A stretch of 64,000 nucleotides of DNA from Iphione sp. A-MEVVRFRX5 (Eukaryota): assembly GCA_976226885.1 (NCBI GenBank), contig OZ320314.1, forward strand, positions 119,908,001 to 119,972,000, given 5' to 3'. A model generated the notes under the pieces. That model was not told where the DNA came from. It ran no database searches and saw only the letters and a list, made by a program, of their open reading frames with translations. Below, piece after piece: positions 1-11,423 of this stretch; positions within the stretch are counted from its first letter, which is position 1; every line of letters begins with the position of its first letter. The translations under genes were made by a program, and so were the position numbers.

Positions 1-96
1 TCTCGCACGCTACTGTCATGGACGGGCTAGGTCGGTCCACTGGGCAGCTACCCTTGCCATAGAAAAACACTGCAAACAGACACTTTCATTCACGTG

Positions 97-632
97 AACG
101 TGACAAAATGTGAGATGAGTACAGAAGACATGTGTAAGAAATGACTGTGACAATTACAGGTGGAAAAAAAAATTCTACATGTCTGTGCGAGTAAAAACGT
201 CACGGCCCATACGCAACTGTCAGCACCCACCACCGGGACCGCTGTCACAACCTCCACCTCGCCTTCGAAAACCCTCCCGAAAAGAGACTTCCAGACATGC
301 AAACGTGACAAAATGTGAGATGAGTACAGAAGACATGTGTAAGAAATGACTGTGACAATTACAGGTGGAAAAAAAAATTCTACATGTCTGTGCGAGTAAA
401 AACATCACGGCCCATATGCAACTGTCCGCACCCACCACCGGGACTGCTGTCACAACCTCCACCTCGCCCTCGAAAACCCTCCCAAAAAGAGACTTCCAGA
501 CATGCAAACGTGACAAAATGTGAGATGAGTACAGAAGACATGTGTAAGAAATGACTGTGACAATTACAGGTGACAAAAAAATTTCTACATGTCTGTGCGA
601 GTAAAAACGTCACGGCCCACACGCAACTGTCA
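97..632. repeat. Tandem repeat, ~2.6 copies of a 205-bp unit
   Basis: AACGTGACAAAATGTGAGATGAG recurs at 97, 302 and 507; the overlapping near-identical minus-strand ORFs in the track are products of this repeat. Confidence 0.9.
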
Positions 633-739
633 CCGATTCGCTGAGGCGGTCCTCAAAAAGGGCACGATAGAAACATATCTACACATGCAAACTTGATGAG
701 ACCTGACATGAGTGGACTAAATATGGAGAAGGTACTTAC

Positions 740-1312
740 TCAGCCATTTTCCTCTTCTTCTGAGGAGGAGGTGGCGCAGTACGGGGTTTGGGGGCCTTCC
801 TCGCCGGCCTCAGTCTGGGCCTGTCCTCCCCAGCTGGCAGGGGGTCAGGGTACTGAGGAGTAGGCCCATGACCACCAACAAAATGCTGAAATAAGACAAA
901 CTGTCCATTAAAAATAAATTCTCAATTATTATCCTTTTCTTTTCAATGATTTCTCTCACACATCTACCTAGCATGACATAGATGACCTTCAAACTTGTCA
1001 CAATGACAGTACTGACAGGGAGGATATCATGACTCCCACAGACAACACAAATCACACTTTTACCTTCATCATATCTCTAAATTTGTTTGAAATAAACTCC
1101 ACAGACATACTGACCTTAGAACAGACATATCTGTTGGCCTTGATCTTGTTAACATTGAGTTGGTGGTGAGGCCGGCCACAGAGCTTGATCCACCTCCTGC
1201 ACTTCTCAAGCTCTGTGTGGGGTTTTGGGAAGGCCACCCAAAAAACCCCCTCCATCCTCTCAGGGTACCTGCTGTCAGTCTTGCAGGTACCCCAGCAGCA
1301 GCGAACAACCAT
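740..1312 (-). CDS. THAP zinc-finger domain protein, exons 1-2 (gene continues leftwards)
   Basis: Exon 1 1312-1115 (ATG; MVVRCCWGTCKTDSRYPERMEGVFWVAFPKP..KCRRWIKLCGRP..YVCSK, donor GTCAGT) splices in phase 0 to exon 2 885-740 (acceptor TTATTTCAG; HFVGGHGPTPQYPDPLPA..KKRKMA, donor GTAAGT). This rebuilds the THAP C2CH signature with the conserved W, CSKHF and terminal PT/P motifs. Confidence 0.85.
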
Positions 1313-1379
1313 TTTGCTTTGAGTTTAACAATTTCTGGACAAATAAATATGACAAAACCATCTCTGACGATGCGATCGC

Positions 1380-1560
1380 GTGTCACTGTCAGCGCACTGT
1401 CACGGACGAGAAGGGCTTTGTTTGTCTATAGCGCAAGCACGTGTACCGATTTCGAAATTGGCACGCTAAACTAGGTCACACGCGCTGATTGGCCGAGACG
1501 CCTGTCACTCATGGAAAAGCGATCGGTGAATACTTGCGACCACCACTTGGTTCCCAGCTG
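1380..1560 (-). promoter_or_regulatory. Probable promoter of the THAP gene
   Basis: CpG-rich patch just upstream of the THAP ATG, with minus-strand CCAAT boxes at ~1457-1461 and 1487-1492. Confidence 0.35.
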
Positions 1561-2671
1561 AAGTGGGCGCATTGCTAAATTTGGTCATAAATAGATAATT
1601 GTTAACTATAGAGAACAATACTTTGGTTCCCAATTCAAATGGTCATAAATAGGGTTTGGTCGTAAAATTGATGCAGTCATAAATAGAGTTTCGACTGTAT
1701 GGACTGCAGGAAGTAACCAGCTATTATACAAATTGAGGCATGCCACACAGGTAGGTACACAAAGTAATGTGAATTTGCATCATCAGGATCCTTTATGTGG
1801 AAAATTGGTTACCCCCAAATTTTAAATTGTAAAAAAATCACTGATTTATAATAGGTATTTCGTTTGGAACAAATTAGATGAAATGTACAAAAACTCAGAG
1901 ACCTATAATGAGCTCTGCAATGCTTATCAATTTCTTTCGCTACGTAATCACAAAGATTGATGATACTTAACTTTATGTCTATTCTTTAAATTAAAACATG
2001 AAAAGTTTTATCTTTTTTGATAGAGAATTTCTACGAAATTGCTGTCACTCTACTTCATTATCATATCACTCATAATATATTTCCACACAATGAAAAACGC
2101 CTTTATGAGGTGAACGGTTGGAAATAGAATTCATTGTTATCTTACCTTCTCTTATATCTGCTTCACTGCAGAGAAAGACCGTGAGAACCGATCCGTCGTC
2201 GAGCAGTTAAAGATATAATACAATGCCATTTGTTAATTAGTTTTCGACTAGGTCACACAATTATGAATTCTGTTTAGTTGAGAGTCCATTATGATCTCAG
2301 AAAAGGCAAAACATACCGCATTGCAGCCGATGGGCGATGGGTCCCTTATGTGTATGGATTACTGCAATTAGGGAATGATATCTGTTATATTCATGTTATT
2401 CACACAGTACAGAAAGCTTATAGAAGTTCGTGCTTTTTCATATTGTAAATATATACATCTTGCAAAATGTATAATTCATACCCAACCAATGTGGCACAGC
2501 CATATCGTTCGTGACCTTTGGTGGGGTTGAGAGAATGGGTAGTGACGTTGGGTTAAAGTGTTTTGGATGAGGTCATCATTTTCACCACAGTTGCTAGTGG
2601 GAAAGTGCTGAGTCATCACATTTTCCTTATAATTGCTACTGGAAATGGGCTGAGGCCATAACTATTACTTA

Positions 2672-2938
2672 GGCCTAAAAAATGTTCTGTGTTTCCGGTA
2701 ACAAGCTGAATATCTAGAGGGTCTGTAGGTCGGTGGTATGGTTTTCTAATTTTTGCTTTTATAAATGTTAATCCATGATCAAAGCTACAAATATGCATGG
2801 TAACATAGATAATACTATTTTAATGAAACATATACTAAATAAAAGCTAATAATTTACAAAAAAAAATGAAATGCTCCATTTGGACTAAAATATGAGTCAG
2901 TAGGGTTACCGGAAACACAGATAATGTTTTACTAGGCC
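2672..2938. mobile_element. PIF/Harbinger-type MITE
   Basis: Termini GGCCTA...TAGGCC, subterminal inverted CTGTGTTTCCGGTAAC, 3-bp TTA duplication at 2669-2671 and 2939-2941. Confidence 0.8.
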
Positions 2939-2954
2939 TTATACTGTTTGTACA

Positions 2955-4110
2955 AAGTAGGCAGCATGTCTATAACGATGAGCCACATGTGTATGCCAGT
3001 AGATTGACAGCACATCTATGACAACGAGCCATACATGTATACCAGTAGATAGGCAGTATGTGTATGATAATGAGCCATACATGTATACGAGTAGATAGGC
3101 AGCATGTGTATAACTACGAGCCATATGTGTATACCAGTAGACAGGCAGCACATGGATGACAATGAGCTATACATGTATACCAGTAGATAGGCAGCATGTG
3201 TATAACTAAGAGCCATACATGTATCCCAGTAGATTGACAGCACATCTATGACAATGAGCTATACATGTATGCCAGTAGATAGGTAGCACGTGTATAACTA
3301 CGAGCCATACATGTATATGAGTAGATTGACAGCACATCTATGACAATGCACTATACATGTATATCAGTAGATTGACAGCACATCTATGACAATGAGCTAT
3401 ACATGTATACCAGTATATAGGCAGCATGTGTATGACAATGAGCCATACATGTATAGCAGTAGATAGGCAGCACTTGTATAACTACGAGCCATATGTGTAT
3501 ACCAGTAGACAGGCAGCACATGTATGACAACGAGCCATACATTTATACCAGTAGATAGGCAGCATGTGTATGACAATGAGCCATACATGTATACCAGTAG
3601 ATAGGCAGCACGTGTATGACAACGAGTTATACATGTATAGCAGTAGATAGGCAGTATGTGTATGACAATGAGCCATACATGTATACCAGTAGATAGGTAG
3701 CACATGTATAACTACGAGCAATACGTGTATACCAGTAGACAGTTAGCACATGTATGACAATGAGCTATACATGTATACCAGTAGATAGGCAGCACGTGTA
3801 TAACTATGAGCCATACATGTATACGAGTAGATTGACAGCACATCTATGACAATGTGCTATACATGTATACCAGTATATAGGCAGGTTGTGTATGACAACG
3901 AGCCATACGTGTATACCAGTAGATAGGCATCACATGTATAACAACAAGCCATACATGTATACAAGTAGATTAACAGCATGTGTATAACTATGAGCCATAC
4001 ATGTTTACCAGTAGATAGGCAGCACATGTATAACTACTAGCCATATGTGTCTACCAGTAGACAGGCAGCACATGTATGACAACGAGCCATACATATATAC
4101 CAATAGATTG
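2955..4110. repeat. 46-bp minisatellite, about 25 copies
   Basis: Unit GAGCCATACATGTATACCAGTAGATAGGCAGCATGTGTATGACAAT; period checked at 3548 and 3594. Confidence 0.92.
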
Positions 4111-5135
4111 ACAATCTTCACAGAAAATAAAATCATTTTAGTTGCTGGTTAGGTCCGTCAGGTCAGAATTTCCCTCACGGCAAATCTTGTCGACACGTGT
4201 GTTCTAGCGTGTTTGAGACGAGAACACTAGCCATCGGCCGCAGTGGACACACTCGTTGTACTTTTCAAAGGACAGAGCACGAGACAAACACTCCCACCGC
4301 CTCGAAGATCAACAACCCAAATGATCGTTTTCAGGCTGATCAGAGTGTTTGACATTCCTTCGATCAACCTTAACTCGTTTCGGGTTAACAACCATCGGCA
4401 AACATTTGTTATGTTGTACGTACTCTCTTGTGACATGCTCTTTCTTAAACTCATCATATTGATGAGCTCCTGGTCGGAAAGTTTCGTCCTTTTGGCAGGA
4501 AAGAATCCGGTTTACAGTGATTAAAAGAACTCTCTAAACTAAGACGTGTATTGACTACTGGTTATCCCTATCCTGAAAGACTGTCCTTTTGCCACACGTC
4601 AATGGTATCCGGAATATCTTTAAAAGCTTTCTTTGAACTTTACTTTTTACTTAACAGACAAATATTCTCCATCATTTAAAGTGTTAGTCAAAGGTCTTTC
4701 AGGTGCACTATCTGTAGCAGGTAAAATACCTAGAATTTAACACAAATGAATGAATCATTATTACAGCAGGATCCTAGGCCCTCAGTGGCTATGCATTTAT
4801 TGACCACTTGTATTTTTCTATAGACACCATTAACATGCTGAAAATGTGATGGATGATTATCGACATGTTAATCCATTCATTGTTTAACACTTACATCTCT
4901 TAATTTTTAATAACACATTATTGTGTATAGAAATTGCTAGGACGTTTTTTTTGAAATTGTCATTGTATCTTTAGCCAGGAACTAGATATTCAGCCGTCGT
5001 TTTAGCTGTTCTTCCTCAGCCTCTTGGGGTAGTATACTACCATCTACTATTGACAATTTTAGAGATCAGAATCCCCAGGGTGCGGCACCCTACTATATTT
5101 TTAAAGGGAAACACTTATATTTACAGTATTGGTAA

Positions 5136-5472
5136 GGCCTAAACAAAATATACCTGTGTTTCCGGTAACCCGACCGACCCTGCTTTTGATCCAAATGGAA
5201 TATTTTATTTTATTGTGTTTTTATTAATATCTTTGGAATGAATAATGATAGAGACATATGCAACACACCATTTTGAAGCCTACATCACAAGCTCTCATTT
5301 GGTATAACTTTGATAAAGATCTTAGCAAGAGAACTTATGTTACCATATACATTTGTAACTTTAAGTAATATTTAACATTGAAAACATAATGAAAAAACAA
5401 AAAATAACCACCGACCTTCCGACCCTCTGTATTTTGAGCATGTTACCAGAAACATAGAACTTTTTTTAGGCC
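5136..5472. mobile_element. PIF/Harbinger-type MITE (same family)
   Basis: GGCCTAAA...TTTAGGCC termini, TAA duplication at 5133-5135 and 5473-5475. Confidence 0.8.
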
Positions 5473-5786
5473 TAAAGCATCAGAACAAAGTCAAAAGGTA
5501 AGATTTTTTACTCTCTTGAAGGAAAATTCCCTAGTTTAGGTGACTGTCATGGACCTTGGCACACATCAGACCATCGCATGTTTGCTCTCTGCAATGTTCT
5601 CATTTTCTCCAGTGTTGAAAGAGTGATACTGTTGCATCAGAGTACATATCATTATTAAGACTGGTATTCCATGGATGTGATTTTGAAGCGTGTGTGGGAA
5701 GTGTCCAGGCAAGCTTGTCATCTGTGCACCTGTTCCCCAACATGCACTCCCACATGGGACTATTCTATAGTTGCATACACTTTCTC

Positions 5787-5890
5787 TTTCCCTCTCTCTC
5801 TCTCCTCTCCCTCTCTCTCCCTCCTCTCTCTCTGTCTCTCTCTCTCTTCCCTCTCCCTCCTCTCTCTCTGTTTCCTTCCCTCTCTCCATT
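5787..5890. repeat. (CT)n-rich microsatellite
   Basis: Imperfect CT dinucleotide run; explains the low-complexity ORFs 5566-6124. Confidence 0.9.
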
Positions 5891-6276
5891 CTTATCTCAC
5901 TCCTTCCATCTCTTATTAGAAGAAATCCTGTGGTAATCAAACCAACTATGCAAATTGTGCTTCCTTTGTGCAAGTATTTAAGCCACCCTCAAACGTCCCT
6001 GCATGTCCCTCTACCCTGGTTTTCTATGCTAATGGTGTGCGTAGTTTTTGTGTGCACGCATGAACCTATGGACGTAGCCTGTTTGCGACATTACATGCAC
6101 ACATGCACCAGACTCTCAGAATAGCCCTAATGCTTCCTCATAAAAACTGAAAATCCACATACATTCACCCCCATAATTATAGTAAGATAGAAATAGTTTA
6201 GTTATGCATGAAATAACTCCATTGTAATTACATGTAAACAAACATGATGTTGTTCCGGCTAAAAGTGTTCCAAGTG

Positions 6277-6615
6277 CAGGCCTGTAGCCAGGAGATTTTG
6301 TGGGGGGTATCTGAAATTACAGAGGTGGAACTCTAACCTAGAGAGGGTGGAACTCCTGGTTACAGAGGTGGAACTCCTGGTGACCAATCAACATATTTTC
6401 TTCTATTTTCATCACTTTTCCTCACTTCTGTTCACCAGATTTTGCATATTATACAGTGTGACCCCTCTACTAAGGACACCCTCTATAAAGGACACCTCCC
6501 TCTATGGATAGACTGGAAACAGAACCAAATCCATGTATTTTTCTCTGGGTGGAACTAATGGCTCCTCTGGGGGGTATCGGACGATACCCCCTATACCCCC
6601 TTGGCTACGGGCCTG
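6277..6615. mobile_element. MITE with CAGGCC(C/T)GTAGCCA TIR and 5-bp TSD, with internal Tc1-like fragment
   Basis: CAGGCCTGTAGCCA ... TGGCTACGGGCCTG; AAGTG at 6272-6276 and 6616-6620; TACAGTGTGACCCCTC arm at ~6451. Confidence 0.7.
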
Positions 6616-7564
6616 AAGTGTAATTATAAAGGTGTCGCTTGTTTTGGATGCCCCTACTTGTGAGGTTCTACTGCATATGCAATGTAATATTGTTAATATT
6701 ACTCTACTAACATCTCCCCTCAACCTGCTTTCTGTCCATGATACGCCCAGAATAGTTACAGTTCAATGTAATTGAGTGAAGTGACTGTAGAAAGGCAATT
6801 TATACGCACCGAAAGGCGCTTCGACGCAATATTCATGCAGTTGCGTAGGGAAGATGGCGTGTTTGAACTCTCTCAGTTTCAACTACGTCGTTGTATTTTA
6901 TGCGCGTGACGTATATTTTGGCATCGGTTGCACCACGGGCACGCAGAGGCGTGAGATAGATTTGAAATCAAGCTGTATGATTATTGATACCTCTTATTCC
7001 CCGAAAGAAACCCGCAAGCATGGTATGCCTATTTTGATAAGACATCTATAGATGCATAGTTCTTCGTCTGCTTGGTTTTCGTCGGTACAATAACAAACTA
7101 CAAAGTCTAAGACCTGTGGTTTACATGTGAGGTACTCTCGGGGCACCCTGTGTGATTTACACACCCATTCAAACCAGAAGAATTCAACAACAGCGTTCCT
7201 CCTTCCACGTCCGATGTTAATGTATCCCCCCAACAGTCTCCACCTTGTCCTCCTCCCCCCCCGCCGCCCCCACCCCTGTTCTCTCCTATTCGCCGCGTAG
7301 TTGTTTTTGGCGACGCTAGAAGGTGCTAAACAAAGAGACTGTTCAATAAAAGAGAACTTCTAAAATGCGCCAGTAAGCGAAAATGACTCGTGATAAAGCT
7401 ATACATATGCATACGTCACGCTTGCGTATATAAATATTTATGGTTGTATTGGATACACCGGACTAGGTCTCCCTTTCCTTGTTTTTCCTCGGACATTTCG
7501 GAATAAGCTAGTTCGAGCAGATCACTAGTACTTCTCACTGGTGATATTCATTTTTCGGAACTTA

Positions 7565-7900
7565 GGCCTAAAAAAAAAGTTCTGTGTTTCTGGTAGTAAG
7601 CCAAAAAAGAGAGGGTCGGTTTGTAGGTGGTGTTTTATTTATTATTCTTTTTTTACAATGTTAACCTGATACTGAAAGTCACAAATGCACATGGTAACAC
7701 CACTTCCCCTGCTTGGATCTCAATGAAATTGATATCAAATGAAAGCTGAGGTTATAAGGAGGAAAATGGTGTAAAGAACACATCTCTATCCCTATTCAAT
7801 CTCGAGGTATTCACAAAACCAGAAAAAATAAAATGTCACAATTGACTCTAATGTAGGGTCGGTCGGGTTACTGGAAACACAGAACATTTTTCATTAGGCC
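7565..7900. mobile_element. PIF/Harbinger-type MITE (same family)
   Basis: GGCCTAAA...ATTAGGCC termini, TTA duplication at 7562-7564 and 7901-7903. Confidence 0.8.
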
Positions 7901-8699
7901 TTATTGTTCAGTATAGAAGTATAGGGGCAATATAAAGAAGGAAATTTATGATAGAACTCGAGTTCCATGCATCTCAATGGAACAAGGAACAAGACTTCTC
8001 CGTGAGTTGAGGGCGGGCCGGGGGGGGGGGGGTCGGAGGAGCCCCCCCTATCAACCTACCTGTAGCTAGGCAGGTATGTATGTATATTTGTATGTATATC
8101 TCATCCGTGAGCAAATATATCGAACGAATACACTGCATTACCTCTGCTTTGGAAGAAATTATTACCCACAACAACAGGCAATCAAGACATAAGAACCTGC
8201 TGCATCGATTGTGCAAATGAGTGTAGGTGTATTATTTCCCTTCCCCACCCCACGCCCCCACCCCCGCCCGGCCCCTCTGGAAGGCAGTTATTGAGGGAAA
8301 CCTCCCCTATACCAACATGTATGGTGATGACGTCACCATGGCTGTAGGAAAGGTGATCCCCAGCTCCCATTAATGGCCATGCTGTCACCATGGTTGTACT
8401 AAAGGCTGGTTATGAGTAATGGTATACTGGGGTCAGGGGGGTCATAAAGGAGGTGGGGCGGAAGGGCGGTCAATGATTACGTGTAGTATGACGTTAACAT
8501 AACATAATTAATGTCAGGTGAATGAGGAAATGGAAGTAAACACGCCAACAGAGTCATGGCTTTTGGGGGTGAGTGTAACTTACCGAACCTTGTGTGCTTT
8601 AGCCAGAGTACATATTTTTCGCAGCAACTGAGAGGACTTTTGAAGGGGAGGGTGACTATGAATGTTGCAAGTCATCATGAGAACGGGCTTCGTTTTAAG

Positions 8700-9256
8700 A
8701 AAGGAGGCTGACACTTGTATCGCTTCTAAAACCTCTCTTTTCTTCTTCACTCTTAAATGGTCCCCCTACACATATAATGACTTCCTGAAACCAAGCAAGA
8801 CAGCGTTTTATATATAGAGAATACAGAAATATAGGAATCTTCATATGACAAAGCAGCTTGTGTGAATTCATTTAAGGGCTCACTGCTTCACAACGGTGGG
8901 ATTATTTTTCACCCATAATGTTCAGGAATATGATCTCTTTACAGCAATGCTATGTGCACTGAGATGGTAGGACCAGAGCTGGAGTTGCTCCTGAATTATT
9001 ACTGCCAAGAGCCAAGAACAGAGCAGTTCAGAAGAAGCTTAAAGTATCAAGGAGGCAGACATTTGAAAAACCTCCAGTATTCTGAAAGAACTGGACCTGC
9101 GTGCATTTAAATATATTATCCACCGGCTCATTGTTTTCTAGACCATGAAATAAAATGTTCGGGTTAGTCTTAGGTAGTTCATGAGCTATGTTCGAAGGAA
9201 CATCCTGAGGGTTGACAACATTATTGCTCAATAAAAATGAATTGAATTGAATTGAA
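8700..9256 (+). mobile_element. Degenerate 3' end of a CR1/L2-type LINE
   Basis: Frameshifted ..LLLPRA(R)TEQFRRSLKYQGG.. resembles the LINE ORF2 C-terminus (compare RIPKAKSQRFITSLRYG in the 60-kb LINE); ends in AATAAA followed by (ATTGA)n. Left boundary approximate. Confidence 0.5.
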
Positions 9257-11423
9257 ACTAGTGTCATCTCTCCACATATGTGCCACTGCAGTATCACCGG
9301 AAATATTAGTAACCTTATTTCGACTCAACCCTCTCGTCAATGTCCTTTCTACTCAAGTCTCTACTGGAAAAATACATATTTCCTATCTAACTAGACTTGA
9401 TTTCACTGAAATAAATCACATCTGTTCCATCATTCTGAGTGCAAATCATCTCAGACTATATAGAAAAACCATAGTCGGTGCACATTTTATTCTGGACTAT
9501 GATAAATGCTTGTGCGCTCGCTGAAATATTTGGGGAGGAATTTGGGAAGGACCCTATTTAGTATTAAGACTTGTCACTCTATATTTTCACAATTTTCTTT
9601 CCAGTCTACACCGTTTAGTCCCGTGCAGTCCTCAGGTGTCCTCTCCACCCCCACCCCCCACCCCCAGATCTTTGTTTGAACATCTTGCAGTGCTAATTTT
9701 TTTTCAAGGGTTGCCATTAATCAACCCGGTTTGGAAATAAAGATGAATTTGTCGAACGAAATATATGGCATTCATTCGTAGTGACTGATAGGCGTATCTG
9801 ACCTTGACTCTCAGGAGTCTTGGCTCTGAGGAGTTCTCCCAGACATTTTATAGGACAACTTCATGCGAAGCCAGCAAGCCAAGCAGAGTTTAGCAGATAC
9901 AAGTGCAGGGATCATAAAGTAAACATACATATATATAAAACAGGAGACTTGTTGTTGAGAGACGAACATCAGAACTTGTTGAGGGATGAATATCGTCGTC
10001 GTCAGGTCTGTGCATAGCCGAGGTGTGTGTGTTTGTGTGCGTGTGTGTGTGTCACGTTATGGCAGACGCAATTGCCCAGGGATGCAACTCGGAAAGTAGG
10101 TCTGCTCACTGAATTAGCTCTTCTTTGTACAAAGAGAATGTCTGTGATGTTGGAACAGACAGAACCATGGGAAAGAAAGGAGTCAAGGAGTCCAAGGTTA
10201 TCATCATGAATAAGATGCCGTTTTCATTTAGGGGTGCGAGTGGGGGTGGGGCGCAGGGGGTGTGGTCGAGGGAAATGGAGATGAGAATGATGGGTGGGGT
10301 CGAGGGACATGAAGGTGAGAATGATTCTACCAAAACTGGTTAATTTTTGCTAGCCCTGTCTACTACTTGTACTTGCTGAAGGGTGGCATGTGCAGTGTGA
10401 GAGGTAGAACATCGGTAGGTTATCACTTAGTCCTCCTCCTCTTAATGTTCATTTAAAGGTGGGTGACAAGTCTTTTGATATCGAACTTGCGGACAAGCGG
10501 ATAAAAAGGGTTCTCTCATACACCTTCCTCAACGTCACACACAGATGGTATCACCATCATCATGATCCGATTCTGAAGTAGGTCTGGTCTCCTCTGTAAT
10601 CTAATCCTTATCTGATAGATTACTGTACATAATTTTTAACTTTATAAGGTTCTCTTATAACCAACCATGTTGGTGTAACTCTGAGTGTATCCTTTATCCT
10701 GGGACGTTCCCAGTATGTATTTGAAGCACCCTCTTAACAGAAATAAAAGTATTCACAGTACAAAGGCAATTGAAAACAGTAACAGAGCAAGTCAATAGAT
10801 ATACAAGTGAGACCTGCACAGGAGACCAAGCTTGGGACTGGCCAATGTTGGTCTCTCCCATGGTTTGGTCTCATTAGACATAATCTCTAAAGGAGGAAAC
10901 TGAATGATTTGGCCTTAAAAATCTTGGTCTCTCCCCTCCCCCGCCCCCAAATTTGATCTCCCTTGTGATCTGGTCTTTGAGTCTCTGCCGTATAGTTATA
11001 CAATGTACATATTCTCAGCCCGGGTGGAGGGGCGTGGGAGACCCCGGTCGTAGTGAAGGACACACATGATTTGTCAACACGCTAATCTACGACTACTCTT
11101 TTGTCATTGGTGTCCACTTTTCGAGGGAGGGGGGGGGGGGTGCAGTGGAATGGTGTACTTTCGTGCTGTGGTGTGAGAGCATGCCTAAGAGTTACCCAGG
11201 CCAAACAAACCTTGACCAATTCACTGGTAGAATGCCAGCACTCTATGGGGAGTGCAAATAATTACTCAAACGTCAGCAGGCCAAGGGAACAAACGCGGCA
11301 GACGCGGGCGGTGCTCGAACAGACGCGCACGGAACGCTGGAGAGTGAGGAGGAGGACAATGTCGGATCAAAAGTTACCCTGACTCTCAGTAACGATATCT
11401 TATCTTAAGAAAAAAGAAGCAAG

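Noticed and set aside
219-245. RE1/NRSE-like TCAGCACC
   Set aside because: Second half-site GGACAG is missing at the correct spacing; it lies in a tandem repeat far from the receptor promoter.
2955-4110. CRISPR-like array
   Set aside because: Contiguous tandem units without unique spacers, eukaryotic context, no cas genes.
4140-4720. CpG-rich stretch with 76-93 aa ORFs and an exon-like minus segment
   Set aside because: No recognisable domain in any frame; could not be linked in phase to other exons.
5566-6124. ORFs of 80-135 aa
   Set aside because: Artefacts of the (CT)n microsatellite.
9930-10100. TATA box plus donor-like sites as an upstream non-coding exon or solo LTR
   Set aside because: No TG..CA boundaries, TSD or second copy; no evidence without transcript data.
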